Source: Eledone cirrhosa (taxonomy: Eukaryota). Taken from it: DNA of 64,000 nucleotides. Shown in pieces: positions 13,029 to 25,780 of this stretch. Location of the stretch: positions 39,618,001-39,682,000 of the forward strand of contig OZ024744.1 in the NCBI GenBank assembly GCA_964016885.1, written 5' to 3'. Both the position numbers and the translations under genes were made by a program. The notes under the pieces were generated by a model. That model was not told where the DNA came from and did not search any database. It saw only the letters and a program-made list of their open reading frames with translations. Position 1 is the stretch's first letter, and every line of letters starts with the position of its first letter.

Positions 13029-14734
13029 ACTTTCTTTGGGTGACAGTATATTTCTTCTGGGTTGTGTTGTTGGTAGAAGTGAAGGCCTTCCTTCTGCTGC
13101 CCTCTGTATTTGTAGACACAAGACTTGCAGATGAATGGTGCTACATGGGTGGCACCTGGGTTTTTGCCTTTCACAACATGAGCACCATTTGGGAGGTCCC
13201 TGAAAATTGGAATCCTGTCCAGGTTTCCAGGTTCTACTAGGATCATGGTGTATTTCTTTATATCTATCAGTGAGTCCCCTCCTTCCAGGACAATGCATAG
13301 ACCCACCCACCATATGTTTAACTCTAGTCATATGTTATTTTTATTCTTACTATGTACTTACCTAAATAAGAATGGATAACAATAAGATCCTCACTTTTAC
13401 ACACAATGACGGTTTGCCTGTGCGGAAATTTTTCAGTAAGGGCTTTCACCCCAACTGTCATATTACTTGGCTTTGGTGACAAAGTAAAAATATTTTTTAA
13501 TTTTAGTATTTAGAGTGATTGGGATTTTTTTTTACTCCCAGTCATCAAACACCTATAAATAATTATCCTCCTGGCTGCTTCCTTTAGGAACGCTGCCAGA
13601 ATGGCTAAGGCTGTTTCTACTGGCATCTGTGTAAATTATTTTCTCTGCTTCACTCAAATTTGCAAACATTTGCAGCAAGCACATGTTCTGCTTTCTTCCT
13701 AATATCTACAAAAGACCTAGCTTTCCCCAAGCTTTTTTGTTGATGCTGTAGCTGCTGCTCTTGCTGTCATTGTTGTAGATATTTCTCTCTGCGATCAGTA
13801 AAGCTGGAAACTCACATATATTAAAACAAACTATTTGTTTTGTATTGTCACCACTACCTCCAATGGAGTTGCAGCTGTTGTTCTTATAGTTGTCCTCACT
13901 GTTACTGTTGTTATTCAATGTGTATTCTTTTTTGCCTGTATTTTGTAGTATTAAATTAGTGATGCTAGCTTCTGTCAGCTCCATATCCTTGTAAATATCC
14001 AGCTCTCTCACAATTACTGTGATAGTACCTCATTCTTTCTCCTTTTCTGTCTCAGTCTTCTCCGCAAAAAATTATTGTTTTGGTGGATTATCAGTATCAG
14101 TAGAACATCAGATGCCCTGCTTTGCAGCATAGTTATGTCCCTTTACATTCTGAGTTCAAATCCTGCCGAGGTTAGCTTTCTCTTTTATTCTTACAGGGTT
14201 GATAAAGAAAGCACCAGTAATGTAATGGGGTCAATTGAATTAACTTTCCTTCTTTACCAACTTATTCCTGAGAGGGTCGTGGGGACAAAGTCCTCAAAAA
14301 ACTCCTTCTAGCAGGTCCTGTCAGAAGCAACCATCTCCAATTGATTCAGCTGGATTCCCAAGTGTGACCAGCCAAGCTAAAAAAAATTGTTGGCCTTGTG
14401 CATAAATCAGAAACCATTATTATTGTTTTGGTTAAATCTAAGTTGAACTTTTACACAAAATCAAACAATATAAAATGTGAATATCTAAATATAAAATGTA
14501 AAACTTCTCCCCTACCCTCCACATTCTAGGAGAGGAATGAAAGAAACTTAAAACCTCACCAAAAGGTAGAGAACATGCCTCTCAAAGTGACTGGCAGAAA
14601 ATTCTTACAGGAACAAATTTTCATTCATGAGAAACAAGATTTCATTTGCCACAAGGGCAATGGATGAAGGAGACATTACAATAAGATGTTACAATATAAA
14701 GGTGGAGGTTTACATGGAAATAAAAAAGGTAAAA

Positions 14735-15095
14735 TCATCATCACCATTTTATGTCCACTATTCCACGCTAGCATGGGTTAAATGGTTTGTCCTGTTGTGG
14801 GCAGTGCCAGATTGGGTGACCATGTCTTGCTCATATAGAACTGATTCTGGCTTGATTTCTACAGCTGGATGCCCTTCCTAACACCAACCTCATTTACAGA
14901 GAGTACTGGGTGCCTCTTTACCGTGGCGCCTACACGACACTTTACAGTGTGGGCTGGGTGCTTTTTTGCTGTGACACCTAGAGGACTACTTTATAGTGGG
15001 ATGGGGGCATACTGTCTATATGCTTCAGCTTCGGCTTGGACCCATGGGAAGTCAGGTCTTCTGTATTACTGCATAACGCCAGAGGTCACAGTAAC
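14735..15095 (-). mobile_element. RTE LINE 3' end/3' UTR fragment
   Basis: Reverse complement resembles 2490-2850, with a CATCATCAC tail remnant. Confidence 0.75.
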
Positions 15096-16999
15096 ATGTA
15101 TACAAAATAGATATACATAATTTCACAATTAAACAAAGCTTTCAGTCCTCCTGGTATAGAGAGGTGAATATTTAAAGCTAATTGAAGAACTCCACTGATC
15201 TACAAACATCCTGACTAACAAGGGCAAGTGCCTTTTCCCAGCAGTCATTGTCCAACCAACAAGCACATGCTGAGAGTAGACATTTGTTCTACTTACTCCA
15301 ACCCATTTACCTTCTAAATTTACAGAAGAGCAACCCACTCTTTAATTTTACCCTCCTTTCCAGTCAATGAGGGCTTCACTGAAGAGGAAGGTGTTTGTCT
15401 TCAGCCCATTTGCCATAGTTACCAGAGGAGTGATCTTCACTTTGGTCTCAGTTGACAGCTGGATCTATCCTATATGCAAAAAGAGTTTTTGCAACATAAC
15501 TCAAGAAATCTGCAATGCATGAGTATATGCAAAATAGTTTTGTTGCTGTGTGCATCACAGATAGCACTTCAATGCCTGTAGTTTTTCTCAAATTAGCCAG
15601 CCCCAGTCAAGGGCACATATAGCCATTTGTCTTAAGAGCCAGCCTTTGCTAACATTTACATCTGGCACAACTGAATTATCACCAAGGTCCAAGAAAATCA
15701 TCCATACCTTAAGGTTCAAGCCTTTCTGGAGCACTGCTACCTGATCCTAACAGACCACAAGTTGTCAAAAATGGGTGCAAATGCCCGTGTTCCCAAAATC
15801 TCATCTCACTGATGGCTTACACAGCTATATCTGTGACCTGAGATAATTGAGCCAATGACTTTGCTTCCAAGTTGACCTCATGTTACACACATTTATACTT
15901 CTCACTTTAATTGCAGCCATGGTTGTTGAAGGAAAGAAAAGGGGGAGGTCACTTGCTTTGGTCCTCAAGGTTGGTTGATCCAATCTTCTCATTTGTTAAG
16001 TCAAAGTTATTGAAGGGCTTTTCTAAAGTTTTCTTTGTGGGATTTAGGATAAAATGTCTAGTTCCTTTAGGAAATTAGGATTTTAATGTTTGGTATGTGT
16101 GTCCGCCTGTATTAGTACTTTGTTCAGAGGTGATTTGGCAGAAGTTTATTGCAGCCTTTTCCTTTTGTGTATATTTTCTAGTTGATGAAGGAAGCCTTTC
16201 ATTTTGGGGCAATTTATCTCCTCTATTTTTCACTTCTCTCTTATGCAGTGATTTTATCAAGTACATTACACATGGTTTGTTTCAGAGATAGCAGAGAAAA
16301 GGAATGTCTGCACCTACATGAAGGTCAGTGCTTTCGTAACAGTGGTATGGTGGAGTGGTGGAAAGAAAGAAGTGAAAAATAGAGGAGATTAACTGCCCCA
16401 AATGAAAGGTTTCTCTGAAAGTGGCTGAATCCACCTTCCTTTATGTTGTTGCTTATACTGCAACACTATAATTACTTGTTTCTGTGGTAGTCATGTGGAT
16501 ATCATTGCTGGTGGTGGTGATGCACTTTTGTTGTTGCTACTACTGTACTCCAAAGTTGGGAAACTTCAATCAAAATGTTATCAATATGTTGCTACTGTAG
16601 TTATTTTTAATGTTTTTGTTGCCACCATCATGACTGATTAATGATGTAATCAATATATTAGAGCTACTACCTGAATGTATCTGATTGCTATGAACTGATA
16701 ATTAATCTGTAGAATTAATCTGTCCTTCTAACTGGTTGTGGGTTCCTGTCCCGAAATGTCAGTATAAATTCTTTTAGAGAGTGTCTCTCAGATGTCTCCA
16801 ATTGCATTGGGGAATTTACATTTTAAATGTATGTGTTTTGTGTGGTTTATATGTTTGTGTATAGGGCAATTTTCTGTATATAGTTCAATAGTTTTCTGTT
16901 GTTAGTATTTATGTAGTGTGTGATGTTTATATCCCTTTGTTCTTGTGAGTGTGGGTTTTGTTTTGTTTCAGATGTTGACGATGTAGGTGTTTGTTGCCT

Positions 17000-18050
17000 T
17001 CTGGCTTTGGGCTACACTTTTCTCTTTCACCCTTTTTTTTTAGTAAGAAGACAGTGTTTTTGCAGACTTGTCATTCCTCACCCTCAACAGAATTTAGGTC
17101 CAACAGTGTGATGTTGAGGAGGGGCATGTCTTCAATGGGTGTTGGTGTTGTTGCTGGTGGTGGTAGTTCTGTTGGTGCTGTTCCAGTTGTTGGTTTTTCT
17201 GTAGTTGCTGCTACAGGTGTTGACAGCAAGAGGGCTCTGTGATTTCCTGCAATGTTTTGTTGAGGGAAAAAACTCTGAGGTGGTTGGTTTTGCTGCATAA
17301 ATAGCAGCATGGTTTTTTTGCCCTCCATGACCACATGTAGTTTCATTTTGCCCAGAATGCGAACAAGGTTTGGAATCTTAATTTTTTCCAGCATTATTTG
17401 GAGAATTATCTCCAAATTGATCCCAGACAAGTTTCCCCATCGTTACCTTCCAGGAACCACTAGGACTCCAACTTTGGCGGACCTTTACAGTTCTTCTCAT
17501 ATAGCATGGGAACATTATAACTTGTTCTGCTTTGCGGGGGACCACAGATATTTTTCTTGCAAGAGCTTCAGCCTTGAAGAGCACCAAGATGCTCCCAAAC
17601 TGCTTGGTCCTTGAAATGTGTTCAATATCATACATGCTGCAATTCAAAGCTGCTTCTACTTGGGGTTGAGAGGTCAGTTCCAATTTTTCAGTTTTTATTA
17701 AAACACAGCAATAAGTGTCTTCTCTGTTGCAGCCAATACCTTGGTTGGTTTATTTAGGTTGGCCGGGGAATTTTTCCATTTTTATTAATGTCCCTCTTCG
17801 AGATGTCTATCTTGAAGAGTTCTGCTGTTATTTGTGTTGTTCCTGTCAGGGTTTTTGATGTGTTCATTTCTAGTTTTTGTGGTGGTGGTGACAGTGTTAA
17901 TGTCAGGAATTCAATTAAATAATTCTTTTCTACTAAGATGTTTTTTCTATTTTTTATATCTTTTTCAAAAATCTTATTCACCATGTTGAAATTTCTATCA
18001 TCTAACACATGGACATCAGTTTGTCTACATTGTTGCTGTTGTGGTTAATA
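17000..18050 (-). mobile_element. Degenerate L1/Tx1-like ORF1 remnant (related pieces near 8550-8960, 13030-13330 and 15300-16400)
   Basis: Broken frames with Thr/Pro-rich segments and decayed Cys/His knuckles. The pieces resemble one another, and the clade assignment is inference. Confidence 0.4.
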
Positions 18051-18073
18051 ACAGAATCATTTGTGATATTTAA

Positions 18074-18270
18074 TCCTTTAGTGTTCAAACCGGCCAGAAT
18101 TCTCTACCTCTTTCTGTTGAAACTGGCTGTAACTGGTCGCTCAAACTGATGTTAAGGTATTGTTCTCAAATTAAATACTTTCAAAATCTCATAGATTCAA
18201 TATTATGTGAGGTAAAGCATTTACCATGAAAATATAATAGTGTATATAAAATAATGTGAATGCTAAAGGG
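18074..18270. mobile_element. TTAA-flanked MITE, inverted relative to 7987-8207
   Basis: TTAA on both sides, TGCTAAAGGG terminus, shared internal sequence. Confidence 0.7.
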
Positions 18271-18524
18271 TTAAAACAATATTATTAAAAATATTTTTTT
18301 CGTCACATGAGAAACTGGCTTCTTCATTAAGCGTTTTAAAAGACACTCTCTCATTGTCATTATCAATTTTATAAAATGTTAAAAAACAAATTTGACATTC
18401 CAGTGGGAGTGTTGTGTTATCAACCTTAGCTGTCACAGCAGGTTGGTTGGTGTGTACCTTTGTCAACATAAGATCAGAGCCGGTGAAAAATAGACAACAA
18501 ATACAGTTCTCCAGAGATTAAGCA

Positions 18525-19130
18525 TAATAATAATGGTTTCTGATTTAAGCATAAGGCCAACAATTTTTGGGGAGAGGAAAGTCGATTAAATCAACACCAA
18601 TGCATTACTGGTACTTTATTTTAGCGACCCCGTAAGGAAAGTTAACCTCAGTGGGATTTGAACTCAGACCGTAAATGGCCATAACTCTGTGCTGCAATTA
18701 TCCCAGTGTATTACTGGTACTTTATTTTATCGACCCCATAAGAATGAAAGGCAAAGTTAACCTCGGCGGGATTTGAACTCAGACCATAACTCTTTGCTAC
18801 AAAGCATGGTGTCCGACCCTCTACCGATACTGACAATCCACCACCCTTTAATAATAATTGTTTCTACTTTTGGCACAAGGCCAGCAATTACCTAGTACAT
18901 TACTGGTACTTTATTTTATCGACCCCATAAGGATGAAAGGCAAAGTTGACCTCAGAATGGAAAGGGCCGTAACTCCATGCGTCAAAGCATGGTGTCTGAC
19001 CCTCTACCAATCCACCTCCCTTTAATAATTGTTTCTACGTTAGGCACAAGGCCAGCATTACTGGTACTTTATTTTATCAACCCTGTAAGGATGAAAGACA
19101 AAGTCAACCTCGGCGGGATTTGAACTCAGA
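18525..19130 (-). mobile_element. Cluster of ~4 tRNA-derived SINE family A copies
   Basis: Repeated ACTGGTACTTTATTTTATCGACCCC..AGGCAAAGTTAACCTCGGCGGGATTTGAACTC; minus-strand B box GAGTTCAAATCC. Confidence 0.85.
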
Positions 19131-20810
19131 TACAGAAAGAGTTATAGCACAGCTGATTAGGGACCGGGTGAAAATAGACGAGATGCAATTTGGGTTTGTA
19201 CCAGGAAGAGGCACCACTGATGCCCTCTTCCTTGTGAGGCAATTACAGGAAAAGTACCTAGCTAAAAGTAAGCCACTCTACTTGGCATTTGTCGACCTTG
19301 AGAAAGCCTTTGACAGAGTTCCACGCGCTGTAATCTGGTGGGCTCTTAGAAAACTAGGAGTAGATGAATGGCTTGTGAAAGCGGTACAAGCCATGTATAG
19401 GGGAGCAGTCAGCAAAGTTAGGATTAGCAATGAGTATAGCGAGGAATTTAGCGTACAGGTTGGGGTCCACCAGGGCTCTGTTCTTAGCCCTCTCCTGTTC
19501 ATCATAGTCCTGCAGGCAATAACGGAGGAGTTTAAGACCGGATGCTCATGGGAACTCCTGTATGCTGATGACCTCGCACTCATAGCTGAATCTATGGTAG
19601 AACTAGAGAATAAATTCCAAACCTGGAAGCAGGCACTAGAAAGAAAGGGTCTCAAAGTCAACATGACAAAGACTAAGGTCCTTGTAAGTAGACGAGAAAA
19701 CAGAACCCAGATCCCCTCAGGGAAATGGCCTTGCTCAGTATGTAGGAAAGGTGTAGGTAGGAACTCCATTCTCTGCCCCAAATGCAAACAATGGGTACAC
19801 AAGAGATGTAGCGGGATCTCAGGAAGCTTAATTAAGAATGTAGGATTCACATGCAGCAGCTGTGCTGAGACAGTAAACAGCCACAGGAAACAAGTACCAC
19901 CAATCTCTGGGAGGGCCCTGTAGAAACAGTGGACAGCTTCTGCTACCGAGGTGACCGAATTAGCAACGGAGGTGGGTGTTCAGAAAGTGCAATAACTAGG
20001 GTAAGAACGGGATGGAAGAAGTTTAGGGAACTACTACCACTGCTAGCTGCAAAAGGCTTCTCCCTCAGAATGAAAGGCAGACTGTATGATGCGTGTATCC
20101 GAACAGCGATGTTGCATGGTAGCGAGACCTGGGCGCTGAAGGTGGAAGACTTACGTAGATTAGAGAGAAACGAAGCCTGCATGCTCCGATGGATGTGTAA
20201 CAATAATATACGTGAACGACAAAGCATAAATGAATTGAGAGACTGAGCATAAGAGGAATCAAATGCTGTGTGCAGGAGAGGCGGTTGCGCTGGTATGGAC
20301 ATGTGATGCGTATGAAGGATGATAGCTGCATAAAAAGGTGCAGAGCACTAGAAGTTGATGGAAACCGCGGAGTGGGGAGACCCAAGATGACCTGGGATGA
20401 GGTGATAAAAGCCGACCTTACCCAATTACACCTCTCAAAGACAATGACACACGACCGTGACTTCTGGCGTCACGCAGTAATACAGAGTACCCGACCTCCC
20501 ATGGGGACAAGCTGAAGCATATAGACAATATGCCCCCACACCCCCCACCGCAAGGTGGTCGTGGAGGTGCCACGGAAAAAAAGCACCCAGCCCACACTGT
20601 AAAGTGGACGTGTAGACGCCACGGAAAAAAGTACCCAGCACTCACTGTAAATGAGGTTGGTGTTAGGAAGGTCATCCAGCTGTAGAAATCAAGCCAGATC
20701 AGTTCCTGTATGAGCAAGGCGTGGTCAGCCGACCAGACACTGCCCACAACAGGACAACCCGTCTAACCCATGCTAGCGTGGAAGAACGGACGTAAAACGG
20801 TGATGATGAT
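19131..20810 (+). mobile_element. 5'-truncated RTE LINE, same family as 1-2860, inserted into a SINE
   Basis: VHQGSVLSP, LLYADDL, PHD-like finger, frameshifts, shared 3' UTR and (GAT)n tail. The interrupted SINE resumes at 20811. Confidence 0.95.
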
Positions 20811-20991
20811 CGTAAAGGGACGTAACTATGCTGGAAAGCATGGCAATGATTTCAAACTTAGGCACAAGGTTAGCAATTTGAGTGGAGGGAAAAGTCAACT
20901 ATATTGACTCCAGTACTTCACTAGTACTTTATTTTATTGACTTAGGGAGGATGAAAGACAAAGTTGGCCTTAGAATGTAAAGGGCCATAAC

Positions 20992-22219
20992 TACTGTATA
21001 TACTGCAATATAAGCCAAGGAATATGTGACTAAAAAAATCAATGGTAAAATGGGTCAGCTTATATTTGGGGGTCAATATTTTACCAATTTTCACCAACTT
21101 CAAATTCTACATAAAAAAATATCTGGAGCAATTATTTTATAATGAAAGGTTTTTTTTTAATACATTGTCAATAGTGTTATTTATGTTCCCTTGAAAATAT
21201 TTCCAACAAACTTATAATTTGGACATTTTAATACATAAATACCCGCTACACAAATATGTGCCGACAGCTTTTCTCTGACTTACTCATACTTTTTCTTTCA
21301 ATCTTACTTCTAACTTGTGTTTTATTGCTCTCACTCTCTCCCTTATCATTTCTGCCTCCTCTATTCTATGAAACCCTATACCAAGTTCTTATTCAATCTC
21401 TTGCTTTTAACTGCACCCAGCATAAGAGTGACCAAAAATAAGCGAACATTTGAGAAACTTGATGAAACTATAAAACAGATGAAATTCATCATTCATTTTT
21501 CATCATTTTATGTCCGCTTTTCCCTGTTTGCAAGGGTGGGACGGGAACTGATTCTGGCTTGATTTCTACAGCTGGATGCCCTTCCTAACACCAACCTCAT
21601 TTACAGTGAGTGCTGGGTGCTTTTTTGCCGTGGCACCTCCACGACCACTTTGCAGTGGAATAATAGGGACCCCAGTCCCTATCATCTAATTTCTACAGCT
21701 GAGTAAACTGGAGAAATGTGAAATAAAGTGTCTTGCTCAAGGAAACAACACATCACCCGGTCTGAGAATTGAACTCTCAACCTTTCGATTGCAAGGCCAA
21801 TGCTCTAACCACTAAGCCATGTACCAAATTGTAAAACAAAAACTATATTCTAAACAACACTTAAAACATTAAAATATTCAAGCTTCATAAATATTTTATA
21901 CTCATGAGAATTTTAAGACCATTCCATCTAAACATGTGTTGATTAGCTGCCTCAGCTTATACATTGGGGTTTAGGTTTTTGCCCATTTCTCAGTCATAAA
22001 ATAGATGGCCGGCTTATATTTGAGTAGGCTGAAAAGTTCATAAGCTGACTATGAAGGAGTGATGTTAGTGCAGTGAAATCTTGCATGCATTAATTTCAAC
22101 TTTTCTTATTAATAACTTTCTTTACAGGGATTATGTTGAAAAATAAACCTCATTTGGTCATTCCATGAGAATTTCTTGGTCAGCCTATGAACTTTTCATC
22201 TAACCCTCGTTTATGGTGA
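20992..22219. mobile_element. Tigger/pogo-like non-autonomous DNA element with nested SINE and mariner-like MITE
   Basis: Left end TACTGTATATACTGCAATATAAGCC. The right TIR (GGCTTATATTTGAGT|TTATGGTG) is split by an insert at ~22025-22210 with its own TIRs TGAAAAGTTCATAAGCTGAC/GTCAGCCTATGAACTTTTCA. Confidence 0.5.
21485..21822 (-). mobile_element. tRNA-derived SINE family B with RTE-type tail
   Basis: Minus-strand A box TGGCTTAGTGG and B box GTTCAATTC. Tail resembles the RTE 3' UTR. Confidence 0.85.
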
Positions 22220-22619
22220 ATACCACAAAGATTTCGTCAGATGCTATAATGATTCTGCCAATCCAATAAGTAATAACTATGTAATAAAAACAGCTTCAAT
22301 AATATGGACATGTGGTTAGAATGACTCAGGAAGGAATCGATGGACAGATTTTACGGGTAAAACCAACTGGCAGGAGACCCAGGCATAGACACCAAGCAAG
22401 ATGGTTGGATAACATCTATGAGCTTGGCTGGTCTCGCTTGGGGATTTAGCTGAATCAATCGGTAAAGGTTGCTTCTGAGAGGACCTGCTGGAAGGAGTGT
22501 TTGAGGACTCTGCCCCCAGAACCCCCTCAGGAATAAGTGGGAGGAGGAGAAGAAGAAAGAAAGAAGTTAATAATAAATCATAAAAATTCCAAATTAAGTC
22601 TATTAATTTTTTTTATTTC

Positions 22620-22769
22620 TTATTTTTTTCCTTTCTGCTTTCTCTTCTGTGCCATTCTCCCAGCAACCTGTTTACTTAACTTGACAATATTAAACTTCTT
22701 AGCTTCATTTGAAATGGCTACTGATGACACTTCATTTTCAATGTTGGCCTTGATTTCTTTCTCCAAAAA
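22620..22769 (-). CDS. C19orf53: C19orf53/L10K-like protein, exon 3 (FLEKEIKANIENEVSS...KRKQKGKK*)
   Basis: TTTCAG acceptor, phase 0, 49 codons plus TAA, AATAAA just downstream. Resembles the LExxIxxxIExxV segment of the family. Confidence 0.88.
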   Translation of the reverse strand, partial: FLEKEIKANIENEVSSVAISNEAKKFNIVKLSKQVAGRMAQKRKQKGKK

Positions 22770-23949
22770 CTGAAATAGAAATGTAATTTTAATCATGGTT
22801 CATCATTACCACCATCATTGTTTAATGTCTTATCTTTCCTTGCTCAAACAAAACTGTATTTTGACTGTGTTTTTTTTTTTTTACAGCTGAATGTCATTCC
22901 TAACACCAACTATGTTTACAGTGTGGAACTAGGTGGTCCTATTATTGCTCAAACAGATAGTAGATAGTAGAGTAGTGGATTGGCAGTATTGGTAGAGAGT
23001 CTGACGCTATGCTTTGCAGCAAAGAGTTATGGCCCTTTATGGTCTGAGATCAAATCCTGCCGAGGTTAACTTTGCCTTTCATCCTTATGGGGTCGATAAA
23101 ATAAAGCACCAGTAATGCACTAGAATAATTGCTGGCCTTGTGTCAAAAGTAGAAACAATTATTGCTCAAACAGAACTATATCTTGGGAAATGGGTGTATT
23201 TTTACTGTCTCTAGCTGAACCTCATAAAGTTGATTACTGATTTTCCACATGACTGTGTGAACAGGATAAACAAGCATAGGCAGGATGGTAGTATAGAGAC
23301 TGGAGGTGAGGTATATCAACATTTAAGTGTGCCTCCCCACCACACACCAGTATACCCCTTCTTATGTCCTCTTCTATCTTTGTCTACTCTCATACCTACT
23401 ATCTAAATTATCCCCACCTACCCTCTCTATTGAGCTCACTGCTCACATAAATCGGGAAGTGAGGGATAGCTTGGGTTCCATCAAATCCCTACCACCCTTG
23501 AACATCCACCCAGTCCATACTCACTGAAAGATGCTGTTCATACATGGGGCATCTCAGCCCTGTATATATCCACCAATGTTATACAATGAGTAGTCAATCA
23601 TCACTTGCTGTTTCTTCAAGTCCACAGCCTTGATTTAAACACTTGCTCCCACTCTTTCTCCTTCATAATAGGCAAACAGCATGTAACGGCCATTGTTACT
23701 CGTCACACAGTACCATTGTTACCATGTTGTCATCTCTCCCACCACTTCTCCTTTCTGTCCAGTCAAGGTCACAAGGATCTCTACTCTGTAAAGTGGTAGT
23801 GCTGGCTACCATAAAAAATTAACCCAGTACTTGCTGTAAAGTGACTGGCATTAGGAAGAGCATTCAGCCATAGAAACCATGTAAAAAAAGAAATGGATGA
23901 ACAAGATAAGTTCACCTGAACAATCTAATCTCAGAATAAGACAATATAA

Positions 23950-24460
23950 TTATGTATATTCATTTTTAAGTCCACTTTTCATCACCACATCTTTCCACTC
24001 CTTTGAGAGCCTTAGTGATTTGAGATCAGTTCTTACTTCCTTCACCCAAGCCTTCCTGTACTGCAGCTTCCTTTCACTGAGCTTTCCTCGCACATTTTCA
24101 CTCATTGATCATCATTCATATATATCACATATCCATATCAATGCAGTCTTCTCTCAAGCACACAACATCTAATTCCTCTTACACCAAGTTTTTCTCTCAA
24201 TTGCTTTGTTGTTCACACATTAACACTACACCTCCATTGAAGCATACTTGCTTCATTTCTCTCCAGCCTTCAATCATGCAACATCGCACTTTGCACACAG
24301 GTGTCATACAGCCAGCCTTTTGTTCATAGGGAGAAACCTTTTGTTGTCAGTGGTGTGAGTAGCTTCTCAAATTTCTTCCATCCGGTCCTTATTCTAGATG
24401 CTCTCAAATCCTCCTCCTCCACTGCTAATTAGATCACCTACATCAACCACTTCTATGGAT
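23950..24460 (-). mobile_element. Old RTE RT C-terminal fragment
   Basis: Reverse complement resembles 1960-2480 (GWKKF, decayed). Confidence 0.65.
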
Positions 24461-24774
24461 TCTTCTTGGGATTGGTATATATATATATATCATCATCATC
24501 ATCATCATCGTTTAACGTCCATCTTCCACGCTTGCATGGGTTTAGATGGGAATTTTCCCACTTGAGGCAAGAGTGTTTGTCTTGCTCGCATAGGACTGTC
24601 TGGCGGGTTTTCTACGGCTGGATGCCCTTCCTAACACCAACCACGTTTACAGTGTGGGACTGGGAGGTTTTTACCGTGTTACCTACACGGCCACATTACA
24701 GCGTGGACTGTGTGTTTTTTTGTCGTGACACCTACACAACCTCATTTATTTAGGTATATATATATTTTTCATTT

Positions 24775-25100
24775 TCATTTTACGTCCGCTTTTTCCCTGC
24801 TTGCAAGGGTGGGACGGGAACTGATTCTGGCTTGATTTCTATAGCTGGATGCCCTTCCTAACACCAACCTCATTTACAGTGAGTGCTGGGTGCTTTTTGC
24901 CGTGGCACCTCCACAACCACTTTACAGTGGAATGATAGGGATCCCAGTCCCTATCATCTCATTTCTACAGCTGAGTAAACTGGAGCAATGTGAAATAAAG
25001 TGTCTTGCTCAAGGAAACAACACATCACCCGGTCTGAGAATTGAACTCACAACCTTTCGATTGCAAGGCCAACGCTCTAACCACTAAGCCATGTGCCTCC
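24775..25100 (-). mobile_element. SINE family B
   Basis: Closely matches 21485-21822; tRNA-like head ends at ~25100. Confidence 0.88.
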
Positions 25101-25120
25101 ATATATATATATATACCAAG

Positions 25121-25503
25121 AAGGCACATGGCTTAGTGGTTAGAGCATTGGGCTTGCAATTGAAAGGTTGTCGGACTGGGTGATGTGTTGTTTCCTTGAG
25201 CAAGACACTTTATTTCACATTGCTCCAGTTTACTCAGCTGTAGAAATGAGATGATAGGACTGGGGTCCATATCATTCAACTGCAAATTGGACGTGTAGGC
25301 GCCACGGAAAAAAAAGCACCCAGCACTCACTGTAAATGAGGTTGCTGTTAGGAAGGGCATCCAGCTGTAGAAATCAAGCCAGAATCAGTTCCCATATGAG
25401 CAAGACAAGGTCAGCCGACCGGACACTGCCCTCAGCAGGACACCCGTCTAACTCATGCTAGCGTGGAAGAACGGACGTAAAACGGTGATGATGATGATGA
25501 TGA
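25121..25503 (+). mobile_element. SINE family B, head-to-head with 24775-25100
   Basis: Head GGCACATGGCTTAGTGGTTAGAGC. The 3' ~210 bp match the RTE 3' UTR (20600-20810) including (GAT)n. Confidence 0.9.
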
Positions 25504-25733
25504 TATACATATGTATGTAAAAGGTAAACAGAAATAACAACACAATCGATACAGTATAAGGAAGGTATATATTAGGTTAACACTTAAAATAGCAGGAAGA
25601 GGGTCTTAACGTTTCAGATGCTAGTCCTTCATCAGAAGAAATGAGAAATAGGATAGATTACGGGCGGGTTGGAATTGGAAAAAATGTCTTTAGATAAACA
25701 TAACAGGTCCATTCATGTTGACATCTCATATAC

Positions 25734-25780
<47 letters not shown>

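Noticed and set aside
13706-14311. Asn/Ser-rich ORFs as host exons
   Set aside because: Low complexity, with no recognisable motif or supported splice chain.
25121-25200. tRNA genes at SINE heads
   Set aside because: A/B boxes lead into SINE bodies and tails, and no full cloverleaf is evident.
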